DNA of 60,606 bases from a virus (lineage: Duplodnaviria > Caudoviricetes): the IMG/VR virus record IMGVR_UViG_3300011435_000002, positions 1 to 60,606 of that record; one strand, given 5' to 3'. Positions 26,694-36,639 of the stretch are shown here, one piece after another. How positions within the stretch are numbered: position 1 is the stretch's first letter; the number at the start of each line of letters is the position of its first letter. A program made the translations under genes and the position numbers. A model generated the notes under the pieces. The model ran no database searches and was not told where the DNA came from. It was given only the letters and a program-made list of their open reading frames with translations.

Positions 26694-29600
26694 ATGCCTC
26701 GGCTCTTTCGTCTTCCCCCTGTTCCGCTACAGCGAACTCGGCATGCGGTAGCTCTGCTCCCGGCTGGAGCTGTAGAGACTAATGCGCAAGCGGGTGTAGC
26801 TTCTGGAACTGGCCAGGCGTTTGATACCGCGCAGAAGTACGTTCAGGCGGAAGTCGCAGCTGGTACTGGCCAAGCTCTAAACATCCAGACGCCGGCAGTG
26901 GCTTTCAGAGAAGCTTCAGAGGGTAACAACGGAGCTGGTGGAACCACTCTGGTAATCAACAAGCCTGCAACTCTTGTTGATGGCGATCTTATGGTTGCAG
27001 CCATCTCAGTCCGTGGAGGTACTGGCACAACTATCACACCGCCCGTTCCATGGACAACCCGAACTAGTTCTTTTGGCGCATCCAATATCATGGCAGTGGC
27101 CGGTGATGGGTCTGGTAACTTCGTTGCTGTAGGTGGTGGTGGTAAGATTGCTTATAGTACTGATGGAGAAACGTGGGTTCAGCAAACTAGCCCATTCGAT
27201 GGAAGTGATACTCTTGAGTGCGTGGGTTTCGGAAATGGTCTATGGGTGATTGGCTCCTTTGATGGGGATCTCTCGACGAGTTCAGACGGGCAAACCTGGG
27301 CAGCAGTCACGTCGCCTCTCAGTGGAGATGCTGTCTGGGATGCCAAATATGATAATGGGATTTGGGTTATTGCTGGTGGAAGCGGTAAGCTCTCTACAAG
27401 CCCGGATGCGTCAATATGGACGGCTCGTACTTCTTCCTTTGGTGCTAGCACGATCATAGAGCTCGCCTATGACTCAACTCTGGGGATGTGGGCAGCTATC
27501 GGCGCAGTAAATGGAGGCAATCCAGCAAAGATCGCCTCTACAACTGACTCAACTGCGGCATCCGGTTGGACTCAAAGAACTACGGGTTTCGGTGTTAACA
27601 ACAACGGAACCCTTCTTCTTGCGGATGGAGAAGGCGTTTTTGTTGCGGGGGCTTTCGGTACCACTGCTCAAATAATCAGAAGTACAGATGGTATCAATTG
27701 GAGTACACAAACCCATCCACTAACCTCGACGACAAATCTGAGAAGTGGCTACTTCGGTAATGGAGTCTTCGCTGTTCCTAATGATCAAGGTGAAGTAGCA
27801 ACTAGTCCCGACGGGATAATTTGGACACTATCACCGAATGCCTCAGTTGGAGTCCAGTCTCTGAAAGCTCTTACTAAGGGAAACGGGAATAAGTGGATTA
27901 CGGTTGGTAATGCTGGAACTCTCCTGAGTGCCATTCACCCCGTGGCTTGGAGAGAACTCGATCGAAAGAATTCTACTACAGCTCTAGGTCAGGCACTCTA
28001 CTGGAAGGTAGCCTATAACGAACCTTCTAGTTGGACCTGGACCCTCACATCTAATAAGGCTTCTGGAGTAGTAGTTTCGGTTTCACAGGCAGATTCAAGA
28101 GTCCCGGATTCAACGGAATTCTCAGGTCAGGCCAACGCTTCTAGTGCTACAATCACAGCTCCGACTCTGGGTTCATTCTCTGTAACAGATGGGATGGACA
28201 TCTTCTTCGGCGGCACAGCAGTTGCATCATCATTCACGCCACCGACTAACTACACAGAGCCTACTAATGCTGATGACGCCTCAACTACTCCGAACGCCAC
28301 CACCACAGAGGGGGCCTATCGCAGCTTACTTGCAGTAACTACTGTCGGCTCAATCTCAGCCACCGCTGGTAGTGCTGCCGTTAACATCGGCCACCATGTT
28401 TTCATCAAGCCTATCACGACGGCTCTTAATGCGAGCCCCGTGGCCGAAACTGCCACGGGAGTGGGAGAAGCGCTTCAACCATCTATTGATGTCAAAACTC
28501 TATCCGGACTAGCTTCTGGGGCAGGTGTTGCTCTCGGTCCCGCTCGAGGCATAACACCTGCTCCCGCAACTGGAACTGGTTCAGCAGGAGATTCCCGAGC
28601 GGCTATCTCACCAATTGGTGGGGCGGCGACTGGGACAGGTGCTGGTCAGAATGCCTCTGCGGCCCTTTCTATATCACCGGGTAGTGCATCAGGGACGGGG
28701 TTAGCGGTCGGTACGGCGGGTAAGGTCAGCCCAGGAGCTGGAGTTGCTTCGGGTACTGGGGCTGCATTTACGAGTTCGCTAAGTGGGTCCACATCACCCT
28801 CTGTGGCCTCGGGGATCGGTTTTGCTGGGGCTGTAAGTTTAAGCATCAAGCCAACCGGTGGATTAGCTTCAGGTACTGGGGTTTCTAGTCAGCCTTCCGT
28901 CGTAATCTCTGTCAATGCGAACGCGGCTACTGGTGCTGGACAAGCTATTGACGCGACAGCTAATACTGGATCAAACACCAATGCTAATGCTGGAACAGCA
29001 ATTGGAACAGGTGTCTCATTCAGTGCTGCAATCTTCCTCGCTCCAACTGCACAGACATCTATTGGAACAGGTTCAGCTCAACAGACTTCAATCTCAATCT
29101 CAGTTACTGGAGATCTGGCTTCTGGAACTGGAATTGCTTTTAATCCATCACTCTCAATCAAGGTAACGTCAGGGGTTGTATCTGGCACTGGGGCTGGTCT
29201 AAACGCAACAGTAAGTACAAGTGCTGGTACTTCAGCCGCTGCTCAAGTAGCTTCGGGCTCTGGGTCCTCGAATAACGGCTCCACTCAGATCAGCCCGACC
29301 TCTGGAGTTGGGACGGGAACCGGTGTTTCGCTTGAGGCAACAATCTCAATTAAGGCATCAGCAGGCACTGCTTCTGGAACTGGAATTGCCTTCAATGGAA
29401 CTGTTGCTTCTATCGTTCAGACTGAAGCTAATGCGGAAGCTGCTTTCGGTTCAGGCAATGCATTTAACTCATCACTCTCACTCAATATTGGAGCGGGAGT
29501 TGCTTCTGGCACTGGTGCTGGACTTGATGCGACCGGTGTCACCTTTATCGTTCCTGATCCAGGATGGAGCTGGTCCAGTCAATCCGGTATGGCAGGAACT

Positions 29601-29708
29601 AAGGTTGGTGGATGGCCTGATACCCAAGAGACTATGGCAGGAACGGAATCTGGTGGATGGCCGGTAACTCAGGAAGGTTCAGCTGGAACTGTAAAGGATA
29701 AGGGATGA
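26694..29708 (+). CDS. Large fibre/appendage protein with an inserted beta-propeller and ASGTG repeats
   Basis: S.DG..W repeats; many (V/L)ASGTG.A repeats; S/T/A/G-rich. Confidence 0.75.
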   Translation: MPRLFRLPPVPLQRTRHAVALLPAGAVETNAQAGVASGTGQAFDTAQKYVQAEVAAGTGQALNIQTPAVAFREASEGNNGAGGTTLVINKPATLVDGDLMVAAISVRGGTGTTITPPVPWTTRTSSFGASNIMAVAGDGSGNFVAVGGGGKIAYSTDGETWVQQTSPFDGSDTLECVGFGNGLWVIGSFDGDLSTSSDGQTWAAVTSPLSGDAVWDAKYDNGIWVIAGGSGKLSTSPDASIWTARTSSFGASTIIELAYDSTLGMWAAIGAVNGGNPAKIASTTDSTAASGWTQRTTGFGVNNNGTLLLADGEGVFVAGAFGTTAQIIRSTDGINWSTQTHPLTSTTNLRSGYFGNGVFAVPNDQGEVATSPDGIIWTLSPNASVGVQSLKALTKGNGNKWITVGNAGTLLSAIHPVAWRELDRKNSTTALGQALYWKVAYNEPSSWTWTLTSNKASGVVVSVSQADSRVPDSTEFSGQANASSATITAPTLGSFSVTDGMDIFFGGTAVASSFTPPTNYTEPTNADDASTTPNATTTEGAYRSLLAVTTVGSISATAGSAAVNIGHHVFIKPITTALNASPVAETATGVGEALQPSIDVKTLSGLASGAGVALGPARGITPAPATGTGSAGDSRAAISPIGGAATGTGAGQNASAALSISPGSASGTGLAVGTAGKVSPGAGVASGTGAAFTSSLSGSTSPSVASGIGFAGAVSLSIKPTGGLASGTGVSSQPSVVISVNANAATGAGQAIDATANTGSNTNANAGTAIGTGVSFSAAIFLAPTAQTSIGTGSAQQTSISISVTGDLASGTGIAFNPSLSIKVTSGVVSGTGAGLNATVSTSAGTSAAAQVASGSGSSNNGSTQISPTSGVGTGTGVSLEATISIKASAGTASGTGIAFNGTVASIVQTEANAEAAFGSGNAFNSSLSLNIGAGVASGTGAGLDATGVTFIVPDPGWSWSSQSGMAGTKVGGWPDTQETMAGTESGGWPVTQEGSAGTVKDKG

Positions 29709-30295
29709 CAACTATCGAAGCAGTGAGGTTGAAGTCCTCAGACAAGAGCGTAATCACTCGTGAGAAGACAGTAGGAAACGGAGTCGATAAGTACTTCAAG
29801 CTGAAGAACTCTGGTCTTCTGACATCTCCTACGCCCATCGTCTTCCAAGCAGGTCTGCTTAAGGTTGAGAACACCCACTACACAGTAGACTACGATCATG
29901 GAGTCATCACTTTTTTGGTGGTTCCTCCGCAGGGAGAAGAGATTGAGTTTACCTACTACTGGAGTGTTTTCACCGATGCAGAAGTCCAGTACTTCCTTAC
30001 CGAAGCTGGTGATAATGTCACAATCGCAACAGCTCAACTACTCCTGGCGTGGGCCGCAGATGCCTCTCGGTTGGCGAAGCGACAGACTCTTTCCGGTGGA
30101 GGTGGACTCGGTCAAACCGTCATCGACACATCCGTAGCTGCCAGGGAACTGCGTGCTACTGCCAAGGCTCTGATTGATACTGAGGTGGCACTAGGTGAGA
30201 GTATCCCGGCTGAGGGACTCACTGAAGTTCCCTGGACTGAGCAGGTCTATCATCAGCAGGTCAATCAGCATTACATTCGAGAGAGTGAAGGCTGA
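29705..30295 (+). CDS. Head-tail adaptor/connector
   Basis: VFTDAEVQYFL helical motif; YTVDYDHGVITF domain; position. Confidence 0.6.
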   Translation: MTTIEAVRLKSSDKSVITREKTVGNGVDKYFKLKNSGLLTSPTPIVFQAGLLKVENTHYTVDYDHGVITFLVVPPQGEEIEFTYYWSVFTDAEVQYFLTEAGDNVTIATAQLLLAWAADASRLAKRQTLSGGGGLGQTVIDTSVAARELRATAKALIDTEVALGESIPAEGLTEVPWTEQVYHQQVNQHYIRESEG

Positions 30296-30828
30296 TGTAC
30301 CACGAGAATATCGCTCGCTTCACGGCTAATCACTTGCGATCGCATATCAAGAGCTATCTTGATATAATCGCAGCTGAATATACAGGGGAGCTGAGTGTAC
30401 CTCTCATAGTACCAAAGCGCATCGACTATAACTCCGCCGTTGGAGGGATGATCAATGAGTTCGCCCAGATTCTTCCAGAGTACGGCATCGACGTCCTCAA
30501 CAAGATTCCAGGGCAGTCCGACGCCTCCCTGTGGATTTACGAGTATATCGGACAACTCAATGGACTGGTAGATGGCGGTAGTCGAGAAGCGGTGGACCTT
30601 CAGATTGCACGTCATGCACGAGCAGTTGAGATGTTCATCAGGGCTCATAAGACACTCCATCAACAGGAGTTCACCGGGTTTAGTTTAGTAGAGTTCATCT
30701 TCGTAACCACAGAATGGTCGGGAGCTGAGTATCTCGGTACGGCGGAGGATCGAGATATCTGGATCGCCGGGTTCAGCACTAACGTCTCGTGGATTACGAG
30801 CGAAGAAGGTCCGGAAGATCATGGCTAA
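30295..30828 (+). CDS. Neck or tail-completion protein
   Basis: Position and size. Confidence 0.45.
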   Translation: MYHENIARFTANHLRSHIKSYLDIIAAEYTGELSVPLIVPKRIDYNSAVGGMINEFAQILPEYGIDVLNKIPGQSDASLWIYEYIGQLNGLVDGGSREAVDLQIARHARAVEMFIRAHKTLHQQEFTGFSLVEFIFVTTEWSGAEYLGTAEDRDIWIAGFSTNVSWITSEEGPEDHG

Positions 30829-31729
30829 TCCCACTCGAGCGGGAAAGGCGATCAAGTACTTTCCAGTCGAGTTTCCCGATGCACTTGGTCGTCCGTTTCC
30901 GAAGTCACGAGGGGGTGGAGTTCGTGTCTCAATGCACGGACTTCGTGAAGCATCAAGAGCGGCTAGGATGCCTGCTATCTCCTCCGCTAAATTGATCTTC
31001 GCTGATGCCCAGAAACGAGCAGCCGAGATTCAAGCACGGATGCGATCAGCAGCAATGGCCGAGTACAGCAAAACTGGAACTGGTAGATTCGCACGAGGCA
31101 TCAACGCTCGAGTAATCAACAGCGGTAGTCCCGGAGAGAAGATCGCTTCGATGATTAGAGTCACCGCCATCAACTATCGAGAAACTCGCTTCCTCACAGA
31201 TATCGGTGGTGGTGGGTACTTCAAGAGTTATCCGGTTCGTCCTTATCGCATCTTCGCTCGAGGTGGGTTGGAAGGTCCACGGGGCAAAGCTGGTTCAAAG
31301 GTAGACATCAACTTTGTTCGCAGTACCGCTGGTGAACATCGTTTGAAGGTACCAAGAGCTGGGCGGTTCTTTGAAGCGTTCCGTAAACACGGAGGTGGAG
31401 AGAGTCGGAGAATTAGTGATGCTCTAGGCCCGATGGACCCCGGTGATGCCATGAAGGCTTTCTTTTTCTACCCCCTGTGGGTTAATCATCCGGGCTTTAG
31501 GCGAGACATCATCTCGCAGATTGCAATCCAGGAGGGCGCGGCTTATCAGGATGCAGTGGTTACAATCGTCGAGGGAGAAGTGAGAAAGACTCAGATGGCT
31601 GGTGTATCTCTCTCACGTAACATCCCAGTAATCAATCCTAACACCACCATGGTTCAATTCAAAGCAGGAACAGGAGGCGTGGTACTTGACAAGGGCGCGC
31701 AAGAACTATTCGATCGTTTAGGTGAGTAG
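30821..31729 (+). CDS. Basic neck/tail-completion protein (HK97 gp10-like)
   Basis: KTGTGRFARGI, VNHPG; position. Confidence 0.45.
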   Translation: MANPTRAGKAIKYFPVEFPDALGRPFPKSRGGGVRVSMHGLREASRAARMPAISSAKLIFADAQKRAAEIQARMRSAAMAEYSKTGTGRFARGINARVINSGSPGEKIASMIRVTAINYRETRFLTDIGGGGYFKSYPVRPYRIFARGGLEGPRGKAGSKVDINFVRSTAGEHRLKVPRAGRFFEAFRKHGGGESRRISDALGPMDPGDAMKAFFFYPLWVNHPGFRRDIISQIAIQEGAAYQDAVVTIVEGEVRKTQMAGVSLSRNIPVINPNTTMVQFKAGTGGVVLDKGAQELFDRLGE

Positions 31730-31738
31730 GAGGAACAG

Positions 31739-32380
31739 GTGAGTCAGAGACAAATCCTCGAGAACTCAATCGATCTTGCGAAGACCCTGCGTGGGCCTGG
31801 TAAGATCCTGTATGCGGGATCGGGCGTACCGATGCCCTCCAACATTCTTCAGTTGCTGGATCCCACTTCTGGAGCACCCGCCGCAAGTTGGACCTACTTC
31901 GGGTTGACTCGCGGTGGTATCAACATGGTGAAGAACCTCGACGTGACAGTTCGAGACGACCTCGATCAGATCGTCGGTGCTTATGACCAAGATGTCACTG
32001 GTCGTTCGTATCAAATTGTGACTCAGATCGCTGAAGTCGCACAGGACCAGTTTCGTCAGCAGGCTATCGCACTTGAGATGGGTCAGACCGCTACTACCGT
32101 GATGGCGACTACCGCTCAGCCAACTCAGGTTATGCGGTTCCTGGATGACAACGACAATAAGACTGAGGAACGGCGCTGGGCGGTTGTTTACCCCAAGGCC
32201 GCGAACGGAAAAGTCATCGCCTACGTATTCCGACGTGGAGCCGTTTCAGGTGGTGAGAAGACAATTCGACTGGATCAGAATGATCCGGCGAGTCCTGCAC
32301 TCGACCTTCGATTCTTCCCGGAGATTGCTACTACAATCGCCGCTGAGGATCAGTATGGTCGCGTCTTCGAGATTGACTGA
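31739..32380 (+). CDS. Major tail (tube) protein
   Basis: GPGKIL...WTYFGLTRGGI; AGGAGG RBS; precedes the chaperone and TMP. Confidence 0.75.
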   Translation: MSQRQILENSIDLAKTLRGPGKILYAGSGVPMPSNILQLLDPTSGAPAASWTYFGLTRGGINMVKNLDVTVRDDLDQIVGAYDQDVTGRSYQIVTQIAEVAQDQFRQQAIALEMGQTATTVMATTAQPTQVMRFLDDNDNKTEERRWAVVYPKAANGKVIAYVFRRGAVSGGEKTIRLDQNDPASPALDLRFFPEIATTIAAEDQYGRVFEID

Positions 32381-32883
32381 TGGCTGAGAGGCGGCAAGCT
32401 ACTCGTCGTGAGCCAATCGAAGTTGAAATCGACGACGGTCGGCTCTTCATCGCGAGACCTCTACCGTGGCTGGAAGCCAACGATCTTGGTAACATGATCG
32501 TCAAGCAGAATGCCGAGTCGTTCAACGAATTCGTTCGACTCTACGTCAGCGATGACGGAGTTCCACAGCTGGAGGCAGCACTCAAACAGAAGGTCAATGA
32601 CTGGACTCCAATTCTCAGAGCCGCATTCCCAGAGGATGCAGATGACAATGAGAAGTGGACAAAGCCAAGAATTCTGACTAATGATGAATGTGCCGACTTG
32701 GTGCTTGCTTCTCTTGATGTAAATCATCTTGAACATATCAGGCACCTCGTCGACCCAAACTCCCCGACCCCGACGCTTCCTGGTGGGATCGATACCTTGC
32801 TGTCGGGGGAGGATGGTCAGAAGACGACATCTACAGCCGACTCCGCCTCTGTGGATTCTCCCGAGCCGACACCCTCGACTTAA
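32380..32883 (+). CDS. Tail assembly chaperone (gpG-like)
   Basis: Between MTP and TMP; contains the slippery heptamer. Confidence 0.75.
   Translation: MAERRQATRREPIEVEIDDGRLFIARPLPWLEANDLGNMIVKQNAESFNEFVRLYVSDDGVPQLEAALKQKVNDWTPILRAAFPEDADDNEKWTKPRILTNDECADLVLASLDVNHLEHIRHLVDPNSPTPTLPGGIDTLLSGEDGQKTTSTADSASVDSPEPTPST
32754..32760 (+). other. -1 programmed ribosomal frameshift site C CCA AAC
   Basis: X XXY YYZ heptamer in frame; the -1 frame is open to 33080 (LPDPDASWW...MVGILEQY). Confidence 0.8.
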
Positions 32884-33080
32884 CTCGGGGAGAGATGGTT
32901 GGTATTCTAGAGCAGTATGTCGAAGATCTTTGGGATCAGCGATATTGGGAACTTGCTCTAACTGCTAAGGAACCAATGGAATCTTATAAGGAAATGAAAG
33001 ACACAGCCAAGTCACTGCGTGAATCTCCTGCACTGGAGGAACTCCCTTCAGAACAGCAAGCTTGGCTTAGGAAGGTTTGA
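32760..33080 (+). CDS. Frameshifted chaperone extension (gpGT-like)
   Basis: Open -1 frame that includes ORF 32895-33080. Confidence 0.7.
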   Translation, partial: LPDPDASWWDRYLAVGGGWSEDDIYSRLRLCGFSRADTLDLTRGEMVGILEQYVEDLWDQRYWELALTAKEPMESYKEMKDTAKSLRESPALEELPSEQQAWLRKV

Positions 33081-35527
33081 TGACAAGTACTAGGGGTACT
33101 CCTAGGCTCGGTCAATCCGGGATGGCCCTCAGCTCACTTGGTGCTGTTGGTGGTGCTCGCGGTACTGCGGCAGGCGGTCTGCGGATTCTTGTTGAGTTCT
33201 TTACTCAATATGATCCTGCTGCGGTTAAGCAACTTGAAGCTGATCTAGCTAATCTCGAACAGATTGAGCAGTCCCAAAACGCCAAGAGTGCTTCTCTCGA
33301 GCAGCAAGCTTCAAATCGACGCATTAAGATTGCTCAAGCTGAAGCTTTGGTTAAAGCCAAGATTGTCGATCGTGGTGCAAAGGCTCAGTTTAGACAGGCC
33401 CAGAATCTTCGCAAGACAGGTTCTGCAGCTGATGTAAGAACAGCCATTTCACTAGAGAAACTAGCACTCAACAAATCTGATCTAACTGCCAAAGAAGAAA
33501 AGATCATCCGAGCTGCTGTCGGACATCGCACTCGTCTAAGAAACCTCGAGGCACAGCAAGAGCGGATCGCAAAAGCCCGGCTGGCAACTGAGGAGCAGAT
33601 TGCCGCAACCTCGGGATCGTTAGCTCAGCAGCGTGGCATCAAAAGTGGCGTCATTCCGAAACTCGGTGGATTAGCAATTGGCGCAATCGGTGGAATCGTT
33701 GGTGGTGCTGTTCTCGGTGTGGGTTTTGCAGCTGCTCAGGCGGGTCTAGAACTTCTCGGTGAGGGCCTTCAGAACATCCTAGACCCAGCACGCAAGGCAC
33801 GAGAAGTGTTGTCAGATGTTGCTAGTGCTATCAATAAGTTGATTGAAGCTAGCGATGGGCTCACCGACGAGGAGGTAATCTCCAGTTATCTGAAGTCATT
33901 GGGATTGCAAGCTGACGATGACACGGTAACACTCTTAAAGCAGGCAGCTGCCGCTCAGCGGGCGCAGGAACGTGTAGACCAGTACATGCAGACTGGGCTT
34001 GTAGCTTCACAGGCGACAGCGCTTTTCGATGAACAGGTTAAGCGTCTGGCAAAACAATTTGAATCTGAAGCTCGGGCAGCCTATGTCGCCGAGAATGCCA
34101 CCGGTGGTTTGATCGACCGACAGACGGCCGCGCAAATCTCGATGGATGCTATGGGGAGAGCTGCTCGATTCCTCGCGGATGGGGAGACTATCGCTGCTGA
34201 TGAAGCTGATAGACTTGCAGCGAAAACTGCAGCCTTAGCTCGCAATCTCGAGGCTGTTGCGATTCTCGCGCGTTACGCGGCGGAAGCCCTAGATCAAGCA
34301 ATTTCAGCTGGTGCACAGGCAGCGTTCATCAATCCCATTGATCAGCAGATTGAGAGCTTACAAGAAAGCGGTCCTAGCGCAAAGACGCAAGCACTTCAAG
34401 CTAAGATTGAACAGCTCCAGTCAAGTGGTGACGGCGGTTCTCAGAAGAACTCAGAGCTGGCGAATATTGCTGAAGAGCGAGCCTTGATTCTACTTCGTAT
34501 GCGTTTGCGAATGATGGGAACAGAGATTGACCTCAGCAAGTTCGCGGGTAAATTCCTGCTAGAAGCTATCAACGCCAAGATTACGGCACTTGACAAGCAG
34601 GCTGCTGCTCAAGATCGCGTCAACCGACTGCTTGATCTGCAGTTCCGTATGTCACAAACCATTCGTCGCAACGAAGGCGAGTCCATCAACGACTTCATGG
34701 AACGTCGAGCTCAAGAAAATCGCAACCTGCTGTCTGAGCAGCGCGATCTTGAGAACGAGAGAATTAAGGAAAGTCTCCAAGAGCAACAAGAGAAAGTTCA
34801 GGACGAGGTTGCTCTGGCAGAATTGTCCGAGCGTCAGAAGAATGCTGCCGCGAAGGGCGGGTCAGATAATCGCCTCAAGCTACTTCAGAAAGAACTTGAG
34901 GCTTCTCAGAAGGCTGATGCTGCGGCTCTTAAAGCTAAGCTTGCTGCACTTGAGAAGCAGCGCCAGGCATATCAGAAGTCTGCTGATGACGCGGCCTACT
35001 ACGCCTCTGTGGCAGCCAACGATGAGATTAGAGAGGCTGCTCGTGCAGCCAACTCCGTATCTCGGATTGCCGCACTCAGCGGTAAATCTCGAGGTCTGTC
35101 AGCAGCTAAGTCGTTCCTCGAGGCACTTTTGCAGTCTGGAGTTCTGTCATCGAGCGAAGCCGCAGATGTCATAGCTGCTATAAATCGCATCAACAAGACG
35201 CTGTCGTTAGTTGGTGATGCCCAGTATGCTGTAATGAAGAACACTCTAGTTAAGCCGGGTTCTGCGCCCACTCCCTTTGCTTCTGGTGGCTTCATCCCCC
35301 TCAATGCAGGTTCTACTCCGTTCGGACGCAACGCTCGGTTCGGAGAGCACGGTACAGAAGGTGGCATGTTCGTGCTTAGTACTCAGATGATGAACAAGAT
35401 GAAAGGTAGCAACTCTGGTGGACCCTTCCGTGATTTGATCATCAATCGTTCAGATGATCCACAGGCAGACTACTACCGAACGAAGCGCATGGTGAGGGAT
35501 GTTGTGAGAGAGGAGATTGGTAAATGA
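33077..35527 (+). CDS. Tape measure protein
   Basis: 816 aa, helical, Ala-rich, one hydrophobic Gly-rich segment, FASGG near the C-terminus. Confidence 0.85.
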   Translation: MMTSTRGTPRLGQSGMALSSLGAVGGARGTAAGGLRILVEFFTQYDPAAVKQLEADLANLEQIEQSQNAKSASLEQQASNRRIKIAQAEALVKAKIVDRGAKAQFRQAQNLRKTGSAADVRTAISLEKLALNKSDLTAKEEKIIRAAVGHRTRLRNLEAQQERIAKARLATEEQIAATSGSLAQQRGIKSGVIPKLGGLAIGAIGGIVGGAVLGVGFAAAQAGLELLGEGLQNILDPARKAREVLSDVASAINKLIEASDGLTDEEVISSYLKSLGLQADDDTVTLLKQAAAAQRAQERVDQYMQTGLVASQATALFDEQVKRLAKQFESEARAAYVAENATGGLIDRQTAAQISMDAMGRAARFLADGETIAADEADRLAAKTAALARNLEAVAILARYAAEALDQAISAGAQAAFINPIDQQIESLQESGPSAKTQALQAKIEQLQSSGDGGSQKNSELANIAEERALILLRMRLRMMGTEIDLSKFAGKFLLEAINAKITALDKQAAAQDRVNRLLDLQFRMSQTIRRNEGESINDFMERRAQENRNLLSEQRDLENERIKESLQEQQEKVQDEVALAELSERQKNAAAKGGSDNRLKLLQKELEASQKADAAALKAKLAALEKQRQAYQKSADDAAYYASVAANDEIREAARAANSVSRIAALSGKSRGLSAAKSFLEALLQSGVLSSSEAADVIAAINRINKTLSLVGDAQYAVMKNTLVKPGSAPTPFASGGFIPLNAGSTPFGRNARFGEHGTEGGMFVLSTQMMNKMKGSNSGGPFRDLIINRSDDPQADYYRTKRMVRDVVREEIGK

Positions 35528-35964
35528 TTCCCAATCTCGTCGTTTTCTCCCATGCCACTTACGTGGGGGCTTCTGGGGCAACTGCCGCTGCTACTTATTC
35601 GTTCTTCACTAGTGGCTATCAGCCACCTTCTCAGGATCGTGCGGTTGACAGCGATACTGTAATCAACCAAAATGGTAGATTCAAGTATCTCTATGACAAC
35701 GGACCCGGATTTCGCAGGTGGGCACCTTTCGAGGTCCGTTGTGAAAATCAGTTTCAAGTTCAACTTGCTGCAGATGCAGCAACCCAATTCGCGCATCTAA
35801 TCGAGATGTGGTATCACCCAGGGATGCTAGGAATGCAAGCACCAGAGGGAACCTACATCGTGCATTGGTCAGAATCCCTCGAGAAGAACTTTAGGGTTTT
35901 CCCTCAGTTCAATGCTTCTCAAATTGAGAATGCGGTAACTGTGCAATTCGAAGAGGGTCAATGA
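35524..35964 (+). CDS. Distal tail protein-like
   Basis: Directly after TMP. Confidence 0.5.
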   Translation: MIPNLVVFSHATYVGASGATAAATYSFFTSGYQPPSQDRAVDSDTVINQNGRFKYLYDNGPGFRRWAPFEVRCENQFQVQLAADAATQFAHLIEMWYHPGMLGMQAPEGTYIVHWSESLEKNFRVFPQFNASQIENAVTVQFEEGQ

Positions 35965-36638
35965 TGGCAGGTAACACGAACTTCCCCACTGGTCTGGACG
36001 ACAACTCATCTCTCGGTGAAGTGACTGATGGCGTCACTGAAATCCTGGATGAGCACCACAACAACCCTAAAGAAGCCATCATCGCCATCGAGCGTAAAGT
36101 TGGAATCCATAATACGGCAGTTCCAACTTCTCTGGACTATCGCCTAGGTCATCCGAGCCTCGGTCATTCTCACAATGCCGCATCTGGGCAGGGTCCGAGG
36201 CTCAGTGCTACAGTGTTTGGGCTTGCCGCAACCGGCATCGCCTCATATGTCACAGCGGGCATCATCTCAGTGCCTACTCAGATTCCCCGCTATATCGTGT
36301 CGATGTACCAGGCTGGCTCAATTGCCGTCGGTTCTAAGATTACAGGACCGGTCGTTCTGGGTCGGACCATGCAAATCGAGAGCGTGCAAGCCGGGATGCG
36401 TCGAGGTCCGTCCGGAGCCACTACTGGTCTCATCATCAGAGTAGGACCGAGCAATATCTTCGGTGCATCTAACGGCTTTGGACCAAACTTCGCACCGGGT
36501 GCTACCACCTATCGTAGTGCTGCAACTCCTAATGTGCTCACTGCTCCCTCTGGAGCGGTAATCACTCTGGACGCCACAGCGGTGGGTTCTAGCGATCCTG
36601 GACAGGATACGACCATCACTTTCGTTTTCAGGGAATAA
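35961..36638 (+). CDS. Minor tail/fibre protein
   Basis: NFPTGLD...HHN..EAIIAIERKVG anchor-like N-terminus; beta-rich C-terminus. Confidence 0.6.
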   Translation: MMAGNTNFPTGLDDNSSLGEVTDGVTEILDEHHNNPKEAIIAIERKVGIHNTAVPTSLDYRLGHPSLGHSHNAASGQGPRLSATVFGLAATGIASYVTAGIISVPTQIPRYIVSMYQAGSIAVGSKITGPVVLGRTMQIESVQAGMRRGPSGATTGLIIRVGPSNIFGASNGFGPNFAPGATTYRSAATPNVLTAPSGAVITLDATAVGSSDPGQDTTITFVFRE

Positions 36639-36639
36639 G

